A stretch of DNA of 64,000 nt from Dehalococcoidia bacterium (lineage in GTDB: Bacteria; Chloroflexota; Dehalococcoidia; Plut-88900), in NCBI GenBank assembly GCA_965207225.1, contig CBDBLV010000002.1, forward strand, positions 320,001 to 384,000, read 5' to 3'. How positions within the stretch are numbered: position 1 is the stretch's first letter; each line of letters opens with the position of its first letter. Made by a program: the position numbers and the translations under genes. Below the pieces are notes generated by a model. The model was not told where the DNA came from, searched no databases, and saw only the letters and a program-made list of their open reading frames with translations. This document shows positions 1-7,837 of the stretch, piece after piece.

Positions 1-1272
1 GGTGAGTGGGTAATGGGCTTCAAGTACGACGACACCAAGACCCCCGAGGCCCGTATGCCCTCCCGCTGGGAGCTGGACGAGGTCAGCCGAGAGCACCCTG
101 TCATAGTCACGCACAGGGCCGGGCTCAAAAGCTCGGGCAACAGCATGGCACTGGACGAGTTCCAGGTCACCAGGGACTCTCGCGGCCCAATCTCCGGCCC
201 CTACGAAAAGGACCCGGAGTCGGGGGAGCCCAACGGCGTTATGTACGAGGCCGGCGAAGAACGCATACGCTTCTTCCTGCTTTCCCAGATCACCCCCGAA
301 GAGCGACGCCAGGGCCTCCGGACCATCACCCGGGAATACGTTGCCGCCGGCCTCACCAGTGTCCACGATGCCATGGTCACCCCCGACGAGGTCAGTGTAT
401 ACCAGGACGCGTGGCAGCACGACGAGCTTCTCGTTCGCGTCTACATGCTCGTACACGAAAACTACTTCGACTCGTTCAGAAAAGCTGGAATTCGCACCGG
501 TTACGGTGACGACAAGCTGAAATGGGGTGGAATCAAGCTGACCAACGACGGCGGAATAGCGACCCGAACCGCCTATCTGAGCGAGCCCTACATCGGGACC
601 AACGACCACGGCCTGATGCTCTTCGAGCAGGAAGAACTGGATGACAAAATTCACCGCATTCACGAGGCCGGATACCAGGCCTGCGTCCACTCCAACGGAG
701 ATGCCGCGATCGACATGACTCTCAAGGCCTTCGAACGGGCCCAGGGCGCCCACCCGAGGCAAGACACCCGCCACCGCATCGAACACTGTACCGTCGTCAA
801 CCCCGACATCCTGAAGCGGATCAAGGCCCTCGGAGTAGTCCCGACTCCCTTCGGCGCCTATGCCTATCAGCATGGCGAGAAGATGCACTTCTACGGCGAG
901 GAGCGGGCCCGCTGGATGTTCGCCCACCGCTCCTTCCTGGACCACGGCATAACCTGCACCGGCGCCTCGGATTTCACGGCCAGTCCTTTCGAGCCGCTTC
1001 TCGGCATCCAGTGCTGCGTGACCAGAACGGATATGGAGGGTCGGGTCTGGGGACCTAACCAGAAGACCACTATCGACGAGGCTCTTCGCATCTATACCCT
1101 CAACGGCGCTTACGCCTCCTTCGAAGAGGACATCAAGGGTTCCATCACCCCCGGCAAGCTCGCCGACCTCGTGGTCCTCTCCCAGGACCCGACCGCCGTC
1201 GACCCCTTCACAATCAAGGACATCCCCATAGAAATGACCATGGTCGGCGGAGAGACTGTTTACGAGGGATAA
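1..1272 (+). CDS. Amidohydrolase, YtcJ-like (amidohydrolase_3), 5'-truncated by the window edge
   Basis: Frame open from base 1 (GEWVMGFKYDDTK); motifs HSNGDAA, RHRIEH, GASD, KGSITPGKLADLVVL. Confidence 0.9.
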   Translation, partial: GEWVMGFKYDDTKTPEARMPSRWELDEVSREHPVIVTHRAGLKSSGNSMALDEFQVTRDSRGPISGPYEKDPESGEPNGVMYEAGEERIRFFLLSQITPEERRQGLRTITREYVAAGLTSVHDAMVTPDEVSVYQDAWQHDELLVRVYMLVHENYFDSFRKAGIRTGYGDDKLKWGGIKLTNDGGIATRTAYLSEPYIGTNDHGLMLFEQEELDDKIHRIHEAGYQACVHSNGDAAIDMTLKAFERAQGAHPRQDTRHRIEHCTVVNPDILKRIKALGVVPTPFGAYAYQHGEKMHFYGEERARWMFAHRSFLDHGITCTGASDFTASPFEPLLGIQCCVTRTDMEGRVWGPNQKTTIDEALRIYTLNGAYASFEEDIKGSITPGKLADLVVLSQDPTAVDPFTIKDIPIEMTMVGGETVYEG

Positions 1273-1297
1273 GTCGGAAAGTGGGAGGAACTGGACA

Positions 1298-2056
1298 ATG
1301 GCTGGCAAACTCCAGGACAAGATCTGCGTCATAACTGGTGGCAGCCTTGGAATCGGTAGCGGCACGGCCAGGGAGTGCGCCCGAGAAGGGGGTGCAATAG
1401 CCATCCTCGACATCCACGTCCCGGGCGGCGAGAGCACCATAGCCGCCATTCGCGAAGAGGGAGGCTCAGCTATCTTCATCAAGACTGACGTTTCCCAGGC
1501 GGACCAGGTGCAGGCAGCCGTAAAGCGAACACTGGACGAATATGGCCGCATCGACGTGCTGGTCAACGCCGCTGCCCTCCAGGTCCAGGCTCCCGTGCTC
1601 ACGGAAGTCACTGAGGAGGAGTGGGACACCGTTCTGGACATCAACCTGAAGGGGCCTTTCCTCTGCTCCAAATACGTTATCCCTGAGATGTTGAAGGCCG
1701 GGGGCGGAGCCATTGTGAACGTGTCATCGTCAGTGGTGCTCCGGGGCAGCGCCTTCTCACTCCCCTACGCTGTGGGCAAGGCGGGGTTGATCCAGCTCAC
1801 CAAGACTACCAATGCCCAGTTCTGTCGCCAGGGGATACGTGTGAACAGCGTGGTCCCGGGCCTCGTGGACACCCCCGGAGCCCAGGGAGTTGAAGGCAAA
1901 GCTGGCATATTTGACGAGGTTGCTGCCGGAATACCCGTGGGACGACCCGGCCAGCCTGAGGATATTGCCAAGCTCATCGTCTACCTGGCCTCGGATGACG
2001 CCTCCTACGCATCAGGCTCGGCGTTCGTAATCGATGGCGGCAGGAACGCACTATGA
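1298..2056 (+). CDS. SDR family NAD(P)-dependent oxidoreductase
   Basis: TGGSLGIG Rossmann motif, YAVGK catalytic YxxxK, GGAGG RBS upstream. Confidence 0.93.
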   Translation: MAGKLQDKICVITGGSLGIGSGTARECAREGGAIAILDIHVPGGESTIAAIREEGGSAIFIKTDVSQADQVQAAVKRTLDEYGRIDVLVNAAALQVQAPVLTEVTEEEWDTVLDINLKGPFLCSKYVIPEMLKAGGGAIVNVSSSVVLRGSAFSLPYAVGKAGLIQLTKTTNAQFCRQGIRVNSVVPGLVDTPGAQGVEGKAGIFDEVAAGIPVGRPGQPEDIAKLIVYLASDDASYASGSAFVIDGGRNAL

Positions 2057-2913
2057 GCAGTATTTACGTCCTCGGGGCCGGCACCCCGACCCCTACCCCT
2101 GACCGCTTCGGCTCTTCCTTCGTCGTGGAAATCAACGGCCAGCACATCATGTTCGACTGCGGCCCCGCCGCTACCCACAAGCTGGTGAAGGCCGGACTAT
2201 GGCCGACCCAGATAGACCACCTCTTCTTCACCCACCACCATTTCGATCACGACATCGATTACCCGTGCTTACTGCTGTGCCGCTGGGACCAGGGCGCGGG
2301 CCGTGACAACCAGCTCAAGGTCTTCGGCCCGACACTGACCGAGTCCATAACCGAGAAGATCATTGGTGAGAACGGTGCCTTTGCCCACGACTGGAAAGCC
2401 CGTGTCAATCATCCTGTTAGCCGGCAGGTCTACGTCAACCGCGGAGGAACCCTCCCGAGGAGGCCACCAAAGGTCGACGCCAGGGACGTGGGCCCCGGAA
2501 CGGTGTACACGGGCCCCGACTGGGAAGTCACCGCTGCGCCCGCTGAGCACGTCCAGCCCTGGCTCGACTCCCTGGCGTACCGGCTGGAGACGCCCTCCGG
2601 GAGCATCGTGTTTACTGGAGACACCCAGCCCTGTGATTCCGTGAGGGAGCTGGCAGCCAACGCCGACACTCTACTCTGCATGTGCTGGGACGACCAGGAC
2701 GTCATGAACGAAAACGGCGAGCACGTCGGGCAGTGCGGGACCACGGGTGCGGCAAAGATGGCGAGGGATGCGGGGGTGAAGAGGCTGGTCTTGGTCCACA
2801 TGGGCCCCGGACTTTCCGGCAACGAGGCCATGGCGAAGGCCGAGGCTGACGTGAGGGACATATTCCCCGGGGAAGTCATCTTCTCCGAAGAGCTGATGTC
2901 GATCCCCTTCTAG
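2053..2913 (+). CDS. MBL-fold metallo-hydrolase (RNase Z/arylsulfatase-like)
   Basis: LGAGTP, FDCG, THHHFDH, FTGDT, LVLVH motifs; ATGA overlap with SDR. Confidence 0.88.
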   Translation: MSSIYVLGAGTPTPTPDRFGSSFVVEINGQHIMFDCGPAATHKLVKAGLWPTQIDHLFFTHHHFDHDIDYPCLLLCRWDQGAGRDNQLKVFGPTLTESITEKIIGENGAFAHDWKARVNHPVSRQVYVNRGGTLPRRPPKVDARDVGPGTVYTGPDWEVTAAPAEHVQPWLDSLAYRLETPSGSIVFTGDTQPCDSVRELAANADTLLCMCWDDQDVMNENGEHVGQCGTTGAAKMARDAGVKRLVLVHMGPGLSGNEAMAKAEADVRDIFPGEVIFSEELMSIPF

Positions 2914-4199
2914 GCCGTCGGCGCAACTGCCTCCACCGCCACTCCCCGGATGTACATGCCTCTCGTCCTCTTCTCCAGGGCAGTCAAAACCACGAATGCG
3001 ATAAACCCACCGGCGGCCACCGACAGCACCCACTCGGGGCCGAAACGGTCACCCAGCGCTCCGTTGCCGAAGTTGGCGAAGGACATGATCCCTGCAGCAT
3101 GCAGGATGTAGATGCTCGTCACCCGACCCCTTATCCCGTCCGGTACCACCGATTGGATGAGTATCGACGACAGGATCATAAAGCCCGCCTGCGATGCGCC
3201 CATGAAGGCGGTGGCCAGCATGGCGAGAGGAAGGGTTGGGGCAAAGGCCAGTCCAAGGGGGCTGATCCCACTGACAATGCCGTTGATTAGCAGTAAGCGG
3301 CCCCTTCGGTGGGGTGTCGAGAGGGGGGCAATGACCAGCGAGATCAGGAGCGCCCCTATGCCGATCGTCACGTTCATCATGCTGACGCCGAAGGCATCTG
3401 TTTCGAGCTTGGTCTCGGAGATGACGGGGAGGAGGGACTCGAAGGACATGACGAGGGCACAGTGGAAAATGACCAGGGCAAAGACCCGAACCAAGACGGG
3501 GTGCCGGTAGGCGTAGATGAAACCCTCGGCCAGGTTGCGCAGGTGTCCTCTCGCCGATTCGATTACACCCGTGGACCGGGTGTCGATTCGCAGTACCAGC
3601 GTAATCGCTATGACGTACGCAATTCCGGCTATGACGAAGGCCCACCCGATGTCGAGCAGGGCCAGCACGGGCGCTATCGCTCCCGGCCCCAGGGCCCGTG
3701 TCCCGTGAAAGGCCGCATTCACGAGGGCGTAGGCGTTCACCAGATCTCTTCTCGGGACGAGGTTGGCTGTCAGGGATTCCAGGCCCGCCACCTGGGTTGC
3801 CATGGCGCTGCCGGTGACGAAGGCTATGACGACCAGATGCCAGATCTCGATGATGCCGAGGAGGGCGAGGACTGCGGTGGCGGCGTGGATGATGATCTGG
3901 AACCCCATGGCCCAGGCCAGCAGGTCCCGACGCACCATCCTGTCGGCGAGGAATCCGGCGAATACGGGCACCAGGACGTAGGGGATCATGGCGGCGAAGA
4001 TGACCAGCCCCGCCGAGGCGCTGGGGTTGTTCTCCGCCAGGTCGTAGGCGAGCCAGCCGCGGGCCACGATTACGGCCCAGGCCCCTCCGTCGGCGGCGAG
4101 GGCGGCGAACCAGAGGTGGCGAAAGTCTCGGTGGCTGAGGGCGGGAAGGAATCGGGTCTTGGCGACGTCTACCGCATTCCGGCCCGAGAGCGAACTCAT
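2910..4199 (-). CDS. MFS transporter
   Basis: About 12 hydrophobic segments, GFLADRMVRR motif A, RGRVTSIY; start placed at ATG 4199, 7 nt after a TATAAT. Confidence 0.9.
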   Translation of the reverse strand: MSSLSGRNAVDVAKTRFLPALSHRDFRHLWFAALAADGGAWAVIVARGWLAYDLAENNPSASAGLVIFAAMIPYVLVPVFAGFLADRMVRRDLLAWAMGFQIIIHAATAVLALLGIIEIWHLVVIAFVTGSAMATQVAGLESLTANLVPRRDLVNAYALVNAAFHGTRALGPGAIAPVLALLDIGWAFVIAGIAYVIAITLVLRIDTRSTGVIESARGHLRNLAEGFIYAYRHPVLVRVFALVIFHCALVMSFESLLPVISETKLETDAFGVSMMNVTIGIGALLISLVIAPLSTPHRRGRLLLINGIVSGISPLGLAFAPTLPLAMLATAFMGASQAGFMILSSILIQSVVPDGIRGRVTSIYILHAAGIMSFANFGNGALGDRFGPEWVLSVAAGGFIAFVVLTALEKRTRGMYIRGVAVEAVAPTA

Positions 4200-4206
4200 G
4201 GGCCGC

Positions 4207-4212
4207 ATTATA
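4207..4212 (-). promoter_or_regulatory. -10 box TATAAT, probably producing a leaderless MFS mRNA
   Basis: Minus strand reads TATAAT-gcggccc-ATG with no Shine-Dalgarno. Confidence 0.5.
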
Positions 4213-4248
4213 GACCTTTGGGGCGGGGCGGTGTGCCGGCGGCACCTA

Positions 4249-5010
4249 GATATTCAGTTGTGGGGTTTCGGTTTGGTCTGGTTTTGGAGGGGTCGGCGAT
4301 GGAAGACGCACCTGGTGAGCCGGTGGCCTCCACTCTGATGCGGTGATCCGGCTGTCGGGGGCCATGGAGGTCCGCCGTGGGCGGATTGCAGCCGGCCGCG
4401 CCCTAGCGCTCGATGTGTGCCCCGGTTGTCCGGGCAGACAAGCCGGGCCTTGACCCGCTCCCAGGCGCCCTTAGGGCGCAGCGGGGGCCAGTGATCGGGC
4501 GGGTGGCCCCCGGGAGTTTCTTATTACGTGGCGCACCCGCAGGTCTCGAGTGCCCCAGCGACCCCAGGTTGTGCTTGATTTGGTGGGGCGCAAGCTCGCC
4601 GACGGGCCAACCACCGGTAACTTGTCCGGAGCGGGGCTAGCCAGCCCGCCACCCCTATCTTGATATAGCGCAAGTTCGCTACAGACCAACCTCCGAGACG
4701 GTCTCTCGGCGGGGGGTGGCCGGTCTGCTTTGGCTTCTATCCAGGGCGTCTTTCCATCGCCTGACTACCAGGGAAGGGGGCACGGGACCCGTGAAGATGA
4801 GGAGATGGCGCTTTTCGCTTGTGCCGCAACCTTCCTGCCTCGCATGGGGGGCGATTGGCCGGTCGCCCCTACAAGAGAGGGGAGAGGTATTGGGATGGGC
4901 TAGGGCGTTGAGTCCCCCGATTTCTCGGGGGCGATGCCTTGGGTCGGGTCTCGGGGGCTTCCCTGGGTTTTTGGTTCCTCCTTAAATTACTGAATATCAG
5001 TTCGAACTAT
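4249..5010 (-). ncRNA. Candidate large structured non-coding RNA (~750 nt), family not recognised
   Basis: No ORF over 90 aa; 10-bp end helix 4249-4258/4989-4998; long helices 4292-4321/4732-4765 and 4768-4776/4958-4966; G-U pairs and a GAAA tetraloop only on the minus strand; promoter directly upstream. Confidence 0.55.
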
Positions 5011-5015
5011 GAAAC

Positions 5016-5043
5016 AGTTTAGCACGGGTGTAATAGAAGTCAA
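5016..5043 (-). promoter_or_regulatory. Sigma70-type promoter TTGACT-N16-TAAACT with TGn extension
   Basis: Minus strand TTGACT tctattacacccgtgc TAAACT; homologous to promoter at 47907-47934. Confidence 0.6.
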
Positions 5044-5730
5044 GGGCTTTTGGGCGCGGGTTTTGGGGGGAATACCCCCCAACCCCCCCGGGGGAACCCT
5101 CACCCCCTTTATCCCCCTCTCCCTTAGGGCCTATAAGGGAGAGGGGGAGGAAAAAACAGAGGGAAGCGCCTGCGCCATGGCGCAGGCGCTTCCCTCTAGT
5201 TTGGTACTGGGGAGAAAAGAAGGAAAGAAAAAACGGTCGAGATGGATGTGCAGCGTCAACGTCTGCCTTTAGTTCAGTACTGGGGAGGAGGGGATTCCGG
5301 GTCGGGGGTAGGGATGATGGGGGTGAGTGGGGTCAGGGTACCCACTAGGGGCACCCCTACAGGGAAGGAGAAGGGGCGGGAAGAGTGCCCTTCCCAACCC
5401 CTCCGGAAATAATATGAGTCCCGCCCACCCGCCCTGTTTTATTGACATATCAAAAATGCACTGCATTTTTGATATGTCTTTGCCAAGGGGGAAGACGGAA
5501 AGGGGTGAGAGTGGCAATGAGTAGGGTGCACTTAGGGAGGGGTGCTGGAGATCCCTCGCGGGGCCTCGGGATGACATAGAGGGGTGCGGTTTGGTGATGG
5601 AAGAATGCGAGAATCCGTAGATGCGTGGGCCACCCACCGCCCCAGGGCGACCCGCCGGTCGCCCCTACGGGGAACAGAACCAGGCTTGGTTCCGGGGATG
5701 GACCCCCGATCGAGGGAGGGAAACGCAGGT
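5030..5730. repeat. Composite palindromic-repeat mosaic, copy 1
   Basis: CCCTCACCCC..GGGAGAGGG hairpin 5097-5148; perfect 40-bp palindrome 5158-5197 with AGTTTGGTACTGG tail; GTAG-type REPs 5335-5360 and 5644-5668; AT-rich hairpin 5444-5478; GTCATCCC-type repeat 5547-5577. Confidence 0.85.
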
Positions 5731-5746
5731 GGGGCTGGAATCTCGT

Positions 5747-5775
5747 TTGAAGCGGTGTGGGATGGGGCTTATACT
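5747..5775 (+). promoter_or_regulatory. Sigma70-type promoter TTGAAG-N17-TATACT
   Basis: Near-consensus boxes with 17-nt spacer, ~40 nt upstream of the TTG at 5813. Confidence 0.5.
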
Positions 5776-5812
5776 CCGGGCTTGCCGGTCGGGGGCCGGG
5801 AGAGGGAATGAA

Positions 5813-6514
5813 TTGATAGACCTGATAGATATTTTGGAGTCGTTTAACCGGAAGGAGCGGTATTTTCTGCTAGTGCAAGCCTTGGGGCTCCAGACCGAAG
5901 AAGGTGGTGCCGGGTTTAAATTAGAAGCGAGTTTCCGGAAATTACTCAAGGAAAGACTGTCCTGTGGTAAAACGAGAATAGATATCCCTTCTAACGCCTA
6001 CGTTGCCATGGACTATCACCTAAACTGGATTGCTGCTGCTCTTGCCTTAGCGAGAGGAGAAGAAAACGTCCGAAATGAACTGTTTGAGCAAAGTCAAGAA
6101 GACATAGACTTCTTGATCGCATTTCAAGAGTCAGATGGCCCTTACCACCTTGTTTTCTTAGAGGCTAAGGGCTTTTCTAGCAATCCATCTGAGCTTTCCA
6201 CTAAGGCGCAATTGTTCAGTCACTTCACGAAAGGTCAATTGGAGTCCAAAGTCAATAGACTTAACAATATTTTCAAAGCTCACGCGGACAAACGACCCCG
6301 GGTTATCCCCCACTTTTGTCTGATGTCGGGATATAAGCAGAGAAATTTCGAATCTCTACCCTCTCTCGTGGGAACAAATGAAGAGCAAATTCGGGCTGCT
6401 TGGTTGAAACTAGAAGCGCCAAAAACAAGGCGTGTAGTGAGATTTCCTGAAGATGGGGTGCGGATTGACGAAGTCAAGCTAAAAGCCGTGAATAAGGAGC
6501 CTTCATTTGACTAA
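5813..6514 (+). CDS. Hypothetical protein, possible PD-(D/E)xK nuclease fold
   Basis: Lower GC than flanks; EDIDFLIAF...LVFLEAKG pattern; TTG start after GGGAGAGGG; the upstream ORF extension is repeat DNA. Confidence 0.6.
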   Translation: MIDLIDILESFNRKERYFLLVQALGLQTEEGGAGFKLEASFRKLLKERLSCGKTRIDIPSNAYVAMDYHLNWIAAALALARGEENVRNELFEQSQEDIDFLIAFQESDGPYHLVFLEAKGFSSNPSELSTKAQLFSHFTKGQLESKVNRLNNIFKAHADKRPRVIPHFCLMSGYKQRNFESLPSLVGTNEEQIRAAWLKLEAPKTRRVVRFPEDGVRIDEVKLKAVNKEPSFD

Positions 6515-7712
6515 CAACACCGCCGAAGCCGTAGTAATAGGCGCGGGGATTGTGGGAACCAGCATCACCCACTATCTCGCGGAGAAGGGGGTGAAGGCGA
6601 CGCTGGTTGAAAAGGATTCTGTCGCGGGAGGGGCCACGGGCAAGGCCACGGCGGTTGTCCGGATGCACTACACGAACCCGTGGGACTCGACGATGGCGAG
6701 GATCGGCGGGGAGGTGTATTCGAACTGGTCGGATTTGATCGGCGGGGAGAGTGGCTTTGTTAACTCAGGGTTCGTATTTATAGTCGGGGAGCAGGAGAAG
6801 GAGAAACTGCACAAGAACGTGGAGATTCTCCGGGAAGAGGCCGGCATCAACACCTGCGCCCTCGACCCCGACGCCCTCCAGGAGCTCCTCCCCAACTGGT
6901 ACGTAGGCGATGTAGGCGCCGCCGCCTACGAACCCGACAGCGGATATGGCGACCCCCACTCCGCCGCCACGGGGTTCGCTCACCGGGCCCAGGAGCTGGG
7001 AACAGAGGTCTCCCAGGGCGAGGAAGTCTTGCGAATTCTGGAAGAGGGTGGCCGGGTCACGGGCGTCGAGACCAGCAAGAGGACAATCTCGACTGACACC
7101 GTAGTCCTCGCGGGAGGGGCCTGGTCAAGGGAACTGGGTAAAACCGTAGGCATGGACCTGCCGATAAACGGAATGCTCCTCTCCGTTGGCGTGCTCAAAC
7201 GCCCCGAGGTACTCCACGGCCCCCACCCCGCCTGCATCGACGCCGCCAACGGAATTTACTTCAGGCCCGAGCCCGGCAACCTTACACTACTCGGATTCAG
7301 CAGCGTCGTTGACCGCCACGAGTCGCCGGAAGACCTTGATCCCGACAACTATGACGCCGAGCCCGACATGCGCTGGTCCCTGCGCACCAGCCGCAGGATC
7401 GCCTCCCGCATTCCCGCCATGGAAGACGCCACATGGGTCCGTTCATGGAGCGGCGTTGATGGCAACACACCGGATGGCCACCTCATCCTGGACCGAGCCC
7501 CGGGCGTCGAGGGCCTGTACCTCGCCGTAGGGATGAGCGGCACGGGATTCAAGGTCGGGCCGGCCGTGGGCAAGTGCATGTCTGAGCTTATTGTCGACGG
7601 TCGGGCCTCCAGCGCGGACATAACTCCATTCAGGCTCTCCCGCTTCGAAGAGGGCGAAACGCTGGTAGGAAAGCACGAATACAACTATTATCTCTTCAAG
7701 CAGGATGAATAA
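6507..7712 (+). CDS. FAD-dependent oxidoreductase (DAO/sarcosine oxidase beta-like)
   Basis: VIGAGIVG FAD motif, TPDGHLILD, GMSGTGFKVGP. Confidence 0.9.
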   Translation: MTNNTAEAVVIGAGIVGTSITHYLAEKGVKATLVEKDSVAGGATGKATAVVRMHYTNPWDSTMARIGGEVYSNWSDLIGGESGFVNSGFVFIVGEQEKEKLHKNVEILREEAGINTCALDPDALQELLPNWYVGDVGAAAYEPDSGYGDPHSAATGFAHRAQELGTEVSQGEEVLRILEEGGRVTGVETSKRTISTDTVVLAGGAWSRELGKTVGMDLPINGMLLSVGVLKRPEVLHGPHPACIDAANGIYFRPEPGNLTLLGFSSVVDRHESPEDLDPDNYDAEPDMRWSLRTSRRIASRIPAMEDATWVRSWSGVDGNTPDGHLILDRAPGVEGLYLAVGMSGTGFKVGPAVGKCMSELIVDGRASSADITPFRLSRFEEGETLVGKHEYNYYLFKQDE

Positions 7713-7718
7713 GGTTCA

Positions 7719-7753
7719 CCCTCACCCCGACCCTCTCCCTCGAGGGGAGAGGG
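7719..7753. repeat. CCCTCACCC..CCCTCTCCC-N-GGGAGAGGG palindromic repeat
   Basis: Same family as 5097-5148, 48077-48153 and 48443-48478. Confidence 0.75.
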
Positions 7754-7837
7754 GGTAGGACCCCACCCCTCGACCCCTCGGGAGGGTTGTGTAGGGGCCC
7801 AATCGTGGGAGAGAGGCCGACAAAGAGGAGAGACAAC

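Noticed and set aside
3049-4346. Long alternative ORFs overlapping real genes (e.g. 3049-4245, 3309-4346, 7688-8860, 45123-46301, 50297-51544, 55888-57105, 60816-62093)
   Set aside because: Shadow ORFs expected from high GC3 codon bias; no recognisable motifs
4317-4362. Group II intron domain V look-alike (GAGCCGG..CCGGCT..GGGGG) and a minus-strand GTGCG near 4535
   Set aside because: No GNRA-capped upper stem or AC bulge, the two motifs are on opposite strands, and there is no RT/maturase
4249-5010. Identification as RNase P, tmRNA, SRP, group I intron, cobalamin riboswitch or raiA RNA
   Set aside because: Hallmark motifs (GAGGAAAGTCC, tRNA-like ends, GGAAGGAAGCAG, ordered P/Q/R/S, B12 box) not found on either strand; only isolated short matches such as CCACGTAA
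4413-5811. Short ORFs of 65-122 aa in the intergenic region
   Set aside because: They are translations of palindromic repeats or structured sequence without RBS/start support
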